DNA of 64,000 nt, taken from contig JBARQV010000028.1 in the NCBI GenBank assembly GCA_049643885.1, forward strand, positions 12,716 through 76,715, in the 5' to 3' direction. The notes under the pieces were generated by a model. The model was not told the DNA's origin, did no database searches, and was given only the letters and a program-made list of their open reading frames with translations. Of this stretch, positions 56,365 through 64,000 are shown one piece after another; position 1 is the stretch's first letter, and each line of letters starts with the position of its first letter. Position numbers and translations under genes: made by a program. The stretch is from Candidatus Omnitrophota bacterium (GTDB taxonomy: Bacteria > Omnitrophota > Gorgyraeia > Tantalellales > Tantalellaceae).

Positions 56365-57266
56365 CAGTTCAAATACTGGGAACGACCGCCGGTGTCCCTA
56401 CCAGGGAAAGGGCCCACACGTCCATTTATCTTAGTTATGACGACGGGGAAGAGTTTTGTTATCTTCTGGATTGCGGTGAAGGGACCCAGCGCCAGCTGCT
56501 TCTCGCCGGGTTACATCTCATGAAGATAGATGACATATTTATCACCCACTGGCACGGTGACCACTGCCTGGGCTTGCCGGGCATCACGGATACGATGGGA
56601 TTCGAAGGCCGGCAGAGGCCCCTTGCGGTCTACGCGCCTGAAGCAGGAAGGATAAAAAAAGCTCTCACCTTTTGCCGCTCCATGAGCAAATTCAAGGTGA
56701 TCGCCAGGAATGTCCCCGCCGGAGGAAAGCGGATCACTCGACTTCTGGAAAAAGACAGGTTCCGTATTGTTTCCACGCCTGTCTTGCACGGTGTTCCTAC
56801 CGTTGCTTACGCGCTGATCGAAAAGGACAAAAAGAGCATAGATATGGAAAAAGCCGCTTCCATGGGGCTGCCGGAGAAGGGTGAATTATACAGCGAACTC
56901 AAGAGAAAGGGCAAGGTCCGGTTCGGCGGCAAAATGATCCGGTTTGATGATGTTTCTGTGGTGAAAAAAGGGAAAAAGGTCGTTTATTCCGGTGATACTG
57001 AAGTTTGCGACAACCTGAAAGGCCTGATCCGCGGTGCGGACCTTCTTGTACAGGACTGCACGTATTTTTCAGGGATGGATTCGGGTCGTCCGTATCAGCA
57101 CGCGTCTTTACCGGAAGTCCTTGAGATGGTCAAGGCCGAGGACGTGAAACAGGCGGTCTTGACCCATATCAGCAGAAAACACCAGGACGTTATCCAGCTG
57201 AAAGAATTGATAAAAGGGCATGATAACGTGCAACTCGCCGAAGATTTCATGGCGGTTGTTGTCTAG
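56352..57266 (+). CDS. rnz: MBL-fold metallo-hydrolase, ribonuclease Z/BN-like
   Basis: ITHWHGDHCLGLPG (HxHxDH) and overall RNase Z-like length. Confidence 0.6.
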   Translation: MSKITVQILGTTAGVPTRERAHTSIYLSYDDGEEFCYLLDCGEGTQRQLLLAGLHLMKIDDIFITHWHGDHCLGLPGITDTMGFEGRQRPLAVYAPEAGRIKKALTFCRSMSKFKVIARNVPAGGKRITRLLEKDRFRIVSTPVLHGVPTVAYALIEKDKKSIDMEKAASMGLPEKGELYSELKRKGKVRFGGKMIRFDDVSVVKKGKKVVYSGDTEVCDNLKGLIRGADLLVQDCTYFSGMDSGRPYQHASLPEVLEMVKAEDVKQAVLTHISRKHQDVIQLKELIKGHDNVQLAEDFMAVVV

Positions 57267-57493
57267 CACTGTGGTTGAGATCCTTCGCCTCGGCCTGTCG
57301 GCCTCGCTCAGGATTTAATTCGGCCATGCAACTTATGTTCACTATCGTTTTATAAGTTGCGGCCTCATTAAAAAAGGGAGTGAAGTCCTCCCTTGGGTAC
57401 ATATATCTAACAGCTTGGCGTAAGAGGTCCACTCCCAAGTTCAAGTATGCCATATTTAGGCGTGGGAAGCAAATAGTTCAGACTTCAGACAAT

Positions 57494-57578
57494 ATGTCAT
57501 CCCCGCGAAAGCGGGGATCACATATTAATTTTATTGGGTCCCGGACATCGTGCCTTCGGCACGATTCCGGGATGACAT
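57494..57578. repeat. two copies of a small palindromic repeat family (ATGTCATCCC-hairpin-GGGATCACAT; TCCCGGA-hairpin-TCCGGGATGACAT)
   Basis: 57494-57523 ATGTCATCCCCGCGAAAGCGGGGATCACAT; 57538-57578 GTCCCGGACATCGTGCCTTCGGCACGATTCCGGGATGACAT. Same termini as the elements at 245-319. Confidence 0.6.
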
Positions 57579-57584
57579 ACTTTT

Positions 57585-58127
57585 ATGAAAGTGCTATTAC
57601 ACATATGCTGCGGGGTGTGCGCGTCTTCCGTGGTGGAGCAATTGATGTGCGACGGACACGTCGTGACGGGCTTTTTTTATAACCCCAATATTCATCCTGT
57701 TGATGAGTACAAGGAACGCTTAAAAGCCGCAAAGAAAACGGCCATCGAGCTTGGATTCGAGCTGGTCGAGGGGCCCTATGACCGCGAAAACTGGTTCCTG
57801 AGGATGAAGGGTAAGGAATACGAGCCGGAAGGCGGAGCCCGTTGCGAAGAATGTTTCAGGATGCGCCTGGAAAAGACGTATGAATATTTCAGGAAGAAGG
57901 GGACATTTGACGCTTTCACTACTACATTAAGCATAAGCCCCTTAAAGGATGCCTTATTGGTCAACAGGATAGGCTATGAGATGGGAGGAGACCGCTTTAT
58001 TTCAGCTAACTTCAAGAAAAGAGGCGGTTTCGCCAGAGCGATAGAGTGTGCGAAGGAATGGGGGCTTTACCGACAGCATTACTGCGGATGTATATATAGT
58101 AAAGAAGAAATGCTAAAGAAAAAGTGA
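57585..58127 (+). CDS. queH: epoxyqueuosine reductase QueH
   Basis: MKVLLHICCGVCAS... HICC(x)C motif of the DUF208/QueH family; 180 aa. Confidence 0.8.
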   Translation: MKVLLHICCGVCASSVVEQLMCDGHVVTGFFYNPNIHPVDEYKERLKAAKKTAIELGFELVEGPYDRENWFLRMKGKEYEPEGGARCEECFRMRLEKTYEYFRKKGTFDAFTTTLSISPLKDALLVNRIGYEMGGDRFISANFKKRGGFARAIECAKEWGLYRQHYCGCIYSKEEMLKKK

Positions 58128-59143
58128 TCATGACGAAAAAGCAGTTATCTAACTCAGTTTTCTTAAAATGGGTGAAAGACACCATTAAGCATTATGACAT
58201 GCTTCATGAGGGAGACAGGGTGTTGGTGGCGGTTTCGGGAGGGCCTGATTCTGTGGGGCTTCTGGGCGCGCTTTATGAGATGCGGAAAAATCTTGGGATA
58301 GAGATCATTGTCGGGAACCTTGATCACGGTATAAGAGGAAAGGAATCAAGACGCGATTCAGAGCTTGTGGAGCTGCTTTCGAAAAAACTGGGCCTTCTTT
58401 TTGTCCATGGCAGGATAAACCTTCGTTCTCGGGCCGGGGGGAAGAAGTCGCTCGAAGAGAAGGCCAGGGAAGAACGTTACTCGTTTTTATTGAGATCGGC
58501 CCGGAAAAACAAGTGTAATGTGATCGCAACGGCCCACACCCTTGACGACCAGGCCGAAACAGTCCTGATGCGGGTGATCACAGGCTCTTCTGCCGCGGGA
58601 TTAGCGGGGATACCGCCGGTAAGGAACGAAGAAGCGGTCAGGATCATAAGGCCGTTCGTCCGTATTTCCAAAAAAGACATCCTGGCGTATATCGAAAAGG
58701 CCGGCATGAAATATGCTCATGACCGGACCAATCTCGACGTGAAGATCAGGCGGAACTGGATCAGGCTCGAGGTCATTCCTTTTCTGGAAAAAGTCAACCC
58801 CCGGGTCAAAAGGTCATTGGTCAACCTGGCCGATGCAGTCCGTGAAGATCTTATGGTCTCAAAACGGGAAGAGGCGGATGCCTTTAGCCGGCATATGAAA
58901 GAAAAGAAAAGCGCGGTCAGTATAAATTTAGCGGACATAATGCTTCAACCCCGCGCCGTCAGGAAAGCCATGTTCAAGGAATCGGTAAGAAGGGCCGGCG
59001 GGAACATCAAGAAGCTGACCTATCGCCACTGGATGGATATGGATCTTTTGCTGCGGGCGGGGAAAAAAGGCAAGGCCCTTGATCTGCCCGGCAAGATACA
59101 GGTAACCAGGACAAACCACGAGATCGTTTTCAGCAAACGGTAA
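58124..59143 (+). CDS. tilS: tRNA(Ile)-lysidine synthetase
   Basis: VAVSGGPDSVGLL PP-loop, ~340 aa. Confidence 0.85.
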   Translation: MIMTKKQLSNSVFLKWVKDTIKHYDMLHEGDRVLVAVSGGPDSVGLLGALYEMRKNLGIEIIVGNLDHGIRGKESRRDSELVELLSKKLGLLFVHGRINLRSRAGGKKSLEEKAREERYSFLLRSARKNKCNVIATAHTLDDQAETVLMRVITGSSAAGLAGIPPVRNEEAVRIIRPFVRISKKDILAYIEKAGMKYAHDRTNLDVKIRRNWIRLEVIPFLEKVNPRVKRSLVNLADAVREDLMVSKREEADAFSRHMKEKKSAVSINLADIMLQPRAVRKAMFKESVRRAGGNIKKLTYRHWMDMDLLLRAGKKGKALDLPGKIQVTRTNHEIVFSKR

Positions 59144-59225
59144 AAGATGCAAAAGCGCTTCACAATGAGGCTTTTATAAGTATAATATACATAGACATCT
59201 ATACAGCACTTAGCGGCAGGATAAT

Positions 59226-61112
59226 ATGAACAATAATAAAAAGAAAAAAGGGACGCATCCTCCAAAGAAGGTCCAAAAGAACGGGAAGAACTTTCTTGTA
59301 TGGTTTCTTATTATCGTGGGGATTTTCTACCTTTTCCAGTGGGCATTTACTTCTTTCGAGGAAACGTCCCAGGAGATGACCTATAAGGATTTTTATAGCG
59401 CTGTCAAGATGAATGCGGAGGCCGGTCTTATCGTCTCGGCAGTGAAGGTCAATGAACGGGTCAGCGGAAAATTAAACGACGGCAAACGCTTTGTCGTTGA
59501 TATCCCGGCGACCGATCCGGATCTCCTGGACCTGATGCGGAACAATATTCCGGAATTCGATGTCAAGCCTCCACAGACCTTTCTTTCCAATCTTTTTTAT
59601 TCGCTCGGCCCGATGCTGATATTTATTTTCTTCCTCTGGTTTTTCATATACCGGGGTGCGGCGGCCGGGGGAGGGAAGATGCTCTCGTTCGGTAAGTCCA
59701 GGGCCAGACTTGCCACAAAAGACAAGATGTCTATTACTTTCAACGATGTCGCCGGTATCGACGAGGCCAAGGAAGAGTTAAAAGAAGTTATCGAATTTTT
59801 AAAAGAGCCCCTCAAGTTCCAGAAACTCGGCGGTAAGATGCCCAAGGGAGTTCTTCTCATGGGCCCTCCCGGGACCGGAAAGACTTTGCTGGCGAAAGCA
59901 GTAGCCGGTGAAGCCGGTGTTCCTTTTTTCAGTATTTCAGGATCGGATTTTGTAGAGATGTTCGTTGGCGTAGGCGCTTCACGCGTGCGGGACCTCTTCG
60001 AGCAGGCCAAGAAGTCCGTGAAATTGAGCAAGAAAGGCTGCATCATTTTCATGGACGAGATAGATGCCGTGGGGAGGCAGAGGTTTGCCGGCATCGGCGG
60101 AGGGCACGACGAAAGAGAACAGACACTTAATGCTCTTCTCGGGGAGATGGACGGATTTGACACGGCTACGGGTGTTATCCTTATAGCGGCGACAAACCGT
60201 CCCGATGTCCTGGACCCGGCGCTTTTAAGGCCGGGGCGTTTTGACCGGCAGGTAGTCGTCGATCTTCCCGACATCAACGGGAGGGAAGCGATACTCCAGG
60301 TCCATGCCAGAAATGTAAAAATGGATGAGGGTGTTGAACTGTCCAAGATCGCCCAGCAGACTGCCGGTTTTTCGGGTGCCGATCTGGCGAACATCATAAA
60401 TGAAGCGGCGCTTCTTGGCGCGAGGCGGAATAAGAAGGCTGTCGGCATGGAAGAGCTGCAGGAGGCTATGGAACGGGTCCTGGCCGGGCCCCAGAGGAAA
60501 TCACGCAAGATAAGCGAAGAAGATAAAAAGATCATCGCCTACCATGAAGCGGGACACGCGATGATGTCGTATCTTATCGACGGCGCGGACCCTTTGCATA
60601 AAGTGACCATAGTTTCGCGCGGTATGGCGCTTGGGTATACCATGCAGCTTCCGCGGCGAGACCATTACATTTACAGGAAAACGCAATTCATGGGAAAGAT
60701 CGCGGGCATGCTGGGAGGGCGCGCCAGTGAAGAGATAACGTTCAATGAGGTCTCCACCGGCGCGCAGGACGACATCAAGAAGGCGACCGAACTGGCCCGT
60801 GACATGGTCACCCAGTACGGTATGAGCGAGAAGCTGGGTCACCTTACGATAGGAAAACGCCACGCACAGATCTTCCTGGGCAGGGATATAACTGAGGAAA
60901 GAAATTACAGCGAAGACACAGCCCGCCTTATAGACGAAGAGGTCAAAAAGATAGTGGATGAATGCTATGGGCTGGCTAGAAAGAAACTCGCGGAGAACAA
61001 GGACAAGCTGGATATGCTGGCCAGCGCCCTTATGGAAAAAGAGACCATGGACGAGAGTGAGGTGCGCGAGATCATCGGGTTCAAAAAAGAGGAAAAGGAA
61101 CAAGGCGCGTGA
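59226..61112 (+). CDS. ftsH: ATP-dependent zinc metalloprotease FtsH
   Basis: TM, then AAA+ ([13 protein letters not shown]), second region of homology, HEAGHA zinc motif. Confidence 0.93.
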   Translation: MNNNKKKKGTHPPKKVQKNGKNFLVWFLIIVGIFYLFQWAFTSFEETSQEMTYKDFYSAVKMNAEAGLIVSAVKVNERVSGKLNDGKRFVVDIPATDPDLLDLMRNNIPEFDVKPPQTFLSNLFYSLGPMLIFIFFLWFFIYRGAAAGGGKMLSFGKSRARLATKDKMSITFNDVAGIDEAKEELKEVIEFLKEPLKFQKLGGKMPKGVLLMGPPGTGKTLLAKAVAGEAGVPFFSISGSDFVEMFVGVGASRVRDLFEQAKKSVKLSKKGCIIFMDEIDAVGRQRFAGIGGGHDEREQTLNALLGEMDGFDTATGVILIAATNRPDVLDPALLRPGRFDRQVVVDLPDINGREAILQVHARNVKMDEGVELSKIAQQTAGFSGADLANIINEAALLGARRNKKAVGMEELQEAMERVLAGPQRKSRKISEEDKKIIAYHEAGHAMMSYLIDGADPLHKVTIVSRGMALGYTMQLPRRDHYIYRKTQFMGKIAGMLGGRASEEITFNEVSTGAQDDIKKATELARDMVTQYGMSEKLGHLTIGKRHAQIFLGRDITEERNYSEDTARLIDEEVKKIVDECYGLARKKLAENKDKLDMLASALMEKETMDESEVREIIGFKKEEKEQGA

Positions 61113-61936
61113 GATTAAAAGATCATACACTACCGATAGGGGAGCGCACTTGCATCATGGGAGTCCTGAACGTGACCCCGGATTCGTTCAGTGACGGAGG
61201 CAGGTACATCGATCCGGAGAAAGCCGCGGAACGGATAAAAGGCATGGTAGACGAGGGAGCGGATGTGATCGATATCGGCGGAGAGTCGACGCGTCCGGGG
61301 GCGGATGGAATATCGACAAGCGAAGAACTCCAACGGATAATGCCGGTGATCAAGGCTGTAAAAGGAACACTCAGCGTTCCTTTATCGGTCGATACGTACA
61401 AGAGCGAGGTCGCGCGCCAGGCCCTTATGGGAGGGGTTTCGATCGTCAATGATATAACGGCCTTGCACGGGGATCCTGAAATGGCCGGGACGATCGCTGA
61501 GTTCGATGCGGGAGTCGTTCTGATGCACATGAAAGGCACCCCCGCGACGATGCAGAAGTCGCCCGACTACGGTGATGTGATTGAAGAGATCCTTTCTTAC
61601 CTGGAAGGATCGATAAGAATAGCGCTGGATGCCGGGATAGACCCGGAAAAGATAATAATAGACCCGGGCATCGGTTTTGGGAAGAAGCTGGAGCATAATC
61701 TGGCTATACTTAAAGATCTTAAAAGGCTCCGGCAGCTCGGGAAACCGTTACTTGTTGGGACATCGAGAAAGTCATTCATCGGCGAATTGACGGGAAAAGA
61801 CATCCGTGACAGAGAATTTGGGACCGCGGCCAGCGTGGCCTTGGCCGCTGCGAACGGAGCCGACATGATACGCGTTCACGATGTCGGGTCCATGAAAGAT
61901 GTGATGCGGGTTGTAGATGCCATAAGGAAGGCGTGA
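61109..61936 (+). CDS. folP: dihydropteroate synthase
   Basis: CIMGVLNVTPDSFSDGG, IIDIGGESTRPG, pterin-binding fold. Confidence 0.9.
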   Translation: MRLKDHTLPIGERTCIMGVLNVTPDSFSDGGRYIDPEKAAERIKGMVDEGADVIDIGGESTRPGADGISTSEELQRIMPVIKAVKGTLSVPLSVDTYKSEVARQALMGGVSIVNDITALHGDPEMAGTIAEFDAGVVLMHMKGTPATMQKSPDYGDVIEEILSYLEGSIRIALDAGIDPEKIIIDPGIGFGKKLEHNLAILKDLKRLRQLGKPLLVGTSRKSFIGELTGKDIRDREFGTAASVALAAANGADMIRVHDVGSMKDVMRVVDAIRKA

Positions 61937-61939
61937 TAG

Positions 61940-62731
61940 ATGGAGATATTTTTAGGTATTCTCGAGATCCTGCCGGAAATACTGATTCTCTGGGCGGTTT
62001 ATTATATGATATTCCTTTTTATCAAAGGGACAGGCGCCGAGCAGGTTCTCAAGGGCATAATAATAATCACACTTGTCATCCTGATCACCAAAGGACTTAA
62101 CCTGGTCATAATCAACTGGCTCCTGACGCGTCTATTGGCCATTTCGGTCATTGCTTTTCTCATCATTTTCCAGCCGGAATTAAGGAGAGGCCTGGCAAGG
62201 ATAGGCCGGATCGGGGTCTTTTCGAAAGAGAAGGAGACGATTGACGAGATCGCCAAAGCAGCGGTAGTCTTGTCCAAAAAGAAGAACGGCGCCTTGATCG
62301 CCATCGAGCGCGAGGTCGGGCTCAGGAGGTACGTTGAAAGCGGTGTCAGCGTCGACGGCCGGGTGACAAGTGAACTTATAAATACCATATTCGCGCCCAA
62401 GACGCCCTTGCATGACGGGGGCATAATCATATCCGAGCAGAGGGTGGAAGCGGCGGCGTGTTTGTTCCCTCTTACGCAGAATCCGAACGTTCCGAAGACC
62501 ATGGGTACCAGGCACCGCGCGGCTATCGGGCTTACCGAGGAAACGGATGCCGTGGTCATCATCGTGAGCGAAGAAACCGGCGACATCTCGATAGCCCAGG
62601 ACGGAAGGCTTACAAAGGACGTGGACCCGAAGAACATGGCCAAGGTCCTTGAGAGAGTGTATATGCCTAAGTTAAAAAAATGGTCGTTTTCTGACGCGTT
62701 AAAAAGGATGATGTCAAAAAATGAAGCATAG
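61940..62731 (+). CDS. cdaA: diadenylate cyclase CdaA (DacA)
   Basis: Three TM helices, then DAC domain: GALIAIERE, LHDGGIIIS, GTRHRAAIGLTEETDAVVIIVSEETG. Confidence 0.88.
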   Translation: MEIFLGILEILPEILILWAVYYMIFLFIKGTGAEQVLKGIIIITLVILITKGLNLVIINWLLTRLLAISVIAFLIIFQPELRRGLARIGRIGVFSKEKETIDEIAKAAVVLSKKKNGALIAIEREVGLRRYVESGVSVDGRVTSELINTIFAPKTPLHDGGIIISEQRVEAAACLFPLTQNPNVPKTMGTRHRAAIGLTEETDAVVIIVSEETGDISIAQDGRLTKDVDPKNMAKVLERVYMPKLKKWSFSDALKRMMSKNEA

Positions 62732-63176
62732 GATAAGATTAATAGAGATCATTGCGCATAATTTCTGGTTGAAGGTCATCTCCCTCATACTGGCCGTCGC
62801 GACCTGGTTCTATGTGTTTGACTTGGTCTACCCGGTGGCTTCCCATCAGAAAAGGCAAGCGCTGGAAGAGGTCCTGGAGAGGTACAATTTCATGCTTAAG
62901 GAAGTCCCTGTCCGTGTTGTTTTTTCCGGGAATGCCCCGGAAGGTTACCGGGTTGTGTATGAAAAAGTCCAGGTTAATCCTTCGTCCATCGCGATCTACG
63001 GTCCTGAAGAATTGATCGGAAAAGTAGAAGAATTAAAGACAGATGTTGTGAATATTGGTGAGTATACCCGCAGCACCCAGCTAAGGCTTGGCATCAGCGC
63101 GGATATTAAACCTTTGGAATTCAAGGAAAAATTTGTCGAAGTCTACATTCCTATAGAGAAAGCGGGAGATAAGTAG
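62721..63176 (+). CDS. cdaR: CdaR-like YbbR-domain protein (short, one TM)
   Basis: N-terminal TM, then a YbbR-like beta-rich repeat; positioned directly after cdaA. Confidence 0.55.
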   Translation: MKHRIRLIEIIAHNFWLKVISLILAVATWFYVFDLVYPVASHQKRQALEEVLERYNFMLKEVPVRVVFSGNAPEGYRVVYEKVQVNPSSIAIYGPEELIGKVEELKTDVVNIGEYTRSTQLRLGISADIKPLEFKEKFVEVYIPIEKAGDK

Positions 63177-63892
63177 TGGTCAAGCTTGGCGTAAACATAG
63201 ATCACGTGGCCACTATAAGGGAAGCCCGTAAGACTTTCGAGCCGGATCCGGCCGAAGCGGTCCGCGAGTGTGAAAGGGCCGGGTGCGACGGCATAGTGTG
63301 TCATTTACGAAAAGATCGCCGGCATATCAATGATTCCGACCTTGAAGGGTTAAAGAAGACCGTCCAAACAAGGCTGAACCTGGAGATGTCGGTCGACCCG
63401 GAGATCGTCGATATCGCTTGCAGGACGAAACCCGACCAGGCCACTATCGTTCCCGAACGCAGGCAGGAGATAACCACTGAGGGAGGCCTGGATGTGGCCG
63501 GTAATTTTGACCGGGTCAAAGAGGTGGTGGAAAAGTTGAAGGCCGAGGGCATCGATGTAAGCCTGTTCATCGATCCTGAGCCTGCGCAGATAGAAGCATC
63601 CAGGAAAATAGGCGTGAAAATGATAGAATTGCATACCGGCCGCTATGCGGAAGTTTTCAACGCCGGGGAAGATTCCTCGGGCGAACTCGAGAACCTGAAA
63701 AAGATGACCGGGTTAGGCATGGAAAACGGTCTTATCGTATGCGCGGGCCACGGTTTGAACTATAACAATGTGACCCCGGTGGCGCATATCCCGGGAATGT
63801 ATGAACTTAATATCGGCCATTCGATCATTTCCAAGTCGGTGTTTGTCGGCATTGCCGGAGCGGTCAACTACATGAAGGAATTGATGGCATGA
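63176..63892 (+). CDS. pdxJ: pyridoxine 5'-phosphate synthase
   Basis: GTG start; LGVNIDHVATIREAR..., HLREDRRH-like motif, 238 aa. Confidence 0.9.
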   Translation: MVKLGVNIDHVATIREARKTFEPDPAEAVRECERAGCDGIVCHLRKDRRHINDSDLEGLKKTVQTRLNLEMSVDPEIVDIACRTKPDQATIVPERRQEITTEGGLDVAGNFDRVKEVVEKLKAEGIDVSLFIDPEPAQIEASRKIGVKMIELHTGRYAEVFNAGEDSSGELENLKKMTGLGMENGLIVCAGHGLNYNNVTPVAHIPGMYELNIGHSIISKSVFVGIAGAVNYMKELMA

Positions 63893-64000
63893 ATATTATC
63901 GGGACCGGCATAGATGCCGTAGAGATAGAAAGGTTTGAAAAAGCGGTGAAAGAAAAAGAGGGGAAAATACTTCAGAGAATATTCACTCTTGAAGAGCTTA
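63889..64000 (+). CDS. acpS: holo-ACP synthase AcpS, N-terminal part (3' end outside window)
   Basis: MNIIGTGIDAVEIERFEKA... canonical AcpS start; overlaps the pdxJ stop. Confidence 0.75.
   Translation, partial: MNIIGTGIDAVEIERFEKAVKEKEGKILQRIFTLEEL

Noticed and set aside
1-64000. CRISPR arrays, integrases, transposases or recognisable defence genes
   Set aside because: No regularly spaced direct repeats with unique spacers were found. No integrase or transposase ORFs or flanking direct repeats are present. The tRNA-Met is intact, with no duplicated 3' end to indicate an integrated island.

Overview
Nearly all recognisable genes in this 64 kb window are on the + strand, which suggests leading-strand co-orientation. 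GC is mid-range. The only clear minus-strand feature is a tRNA-Met(CAU). The content is mostly housekeeping (most starts are from the ORF track, with several re-set from N-terminal alignment and marked as such in the features): nadD (3' end), rsfS, argS, a short mfd-like translocase, two parvulin PPIases, pdxA, rsmA, gatCAB, ctpA, tsaD, polA, coaE, rho, rpmE, prfA, prmC, murA, rpsP-trmD-rplS, rnhB. There is a one-carbon/THF cluster, fhs-fchA-folD-metF, running straight into panB. Further on come mnmA, tatAC, an RR/HK pair with three minor-pilin-like genes and an HD-GYP protein, rnz-like, queH, tilS, ftsH, folP, cdaA-cdaR, pdxJ and the acpS start. Several sigma70-type promoters (TTGACA/TTGTCA - N15-17 - TATAAT/TAAAAT) are readable.

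The parts that look unusual:
- A ~900 bp gene-poor region between mnmA and tRNA-Met holds a near-consensus promoter, a leader hairpin, a small ORF with a strong terminator, and a ~320 bp nested imperfect palindrome rich in UUCG/GNRA-type loops.
- A bactofilin is fused to an excisionase-type HTH and is followed by a tail-anchored HTH protein.
- An ApbE flavin transferase carries about eleven 96 bp coding tandem repeats (coiled coil) in front of a TM helix.
- Paralogous ~70 nt two-hairpin leaders precede both rpsP and rplS.
- A small palindromic repeat family (ATGTCATCCC...GGGATGACAT) occurs at both ends of the window.
- A 10-mer, GATCTAACTT, recurs about 40 nt upstream of three or four starts.
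- A9G15 homopolymer tracts abut a small ORF's start codon.
- A DUF456 gene is split by a frameshift at a CCCGGGG run.
- There is an orphan AmrS-type radical SAM gene.

I found no CRISPR array, no transposase or integrase, and no recognisable defence genes.
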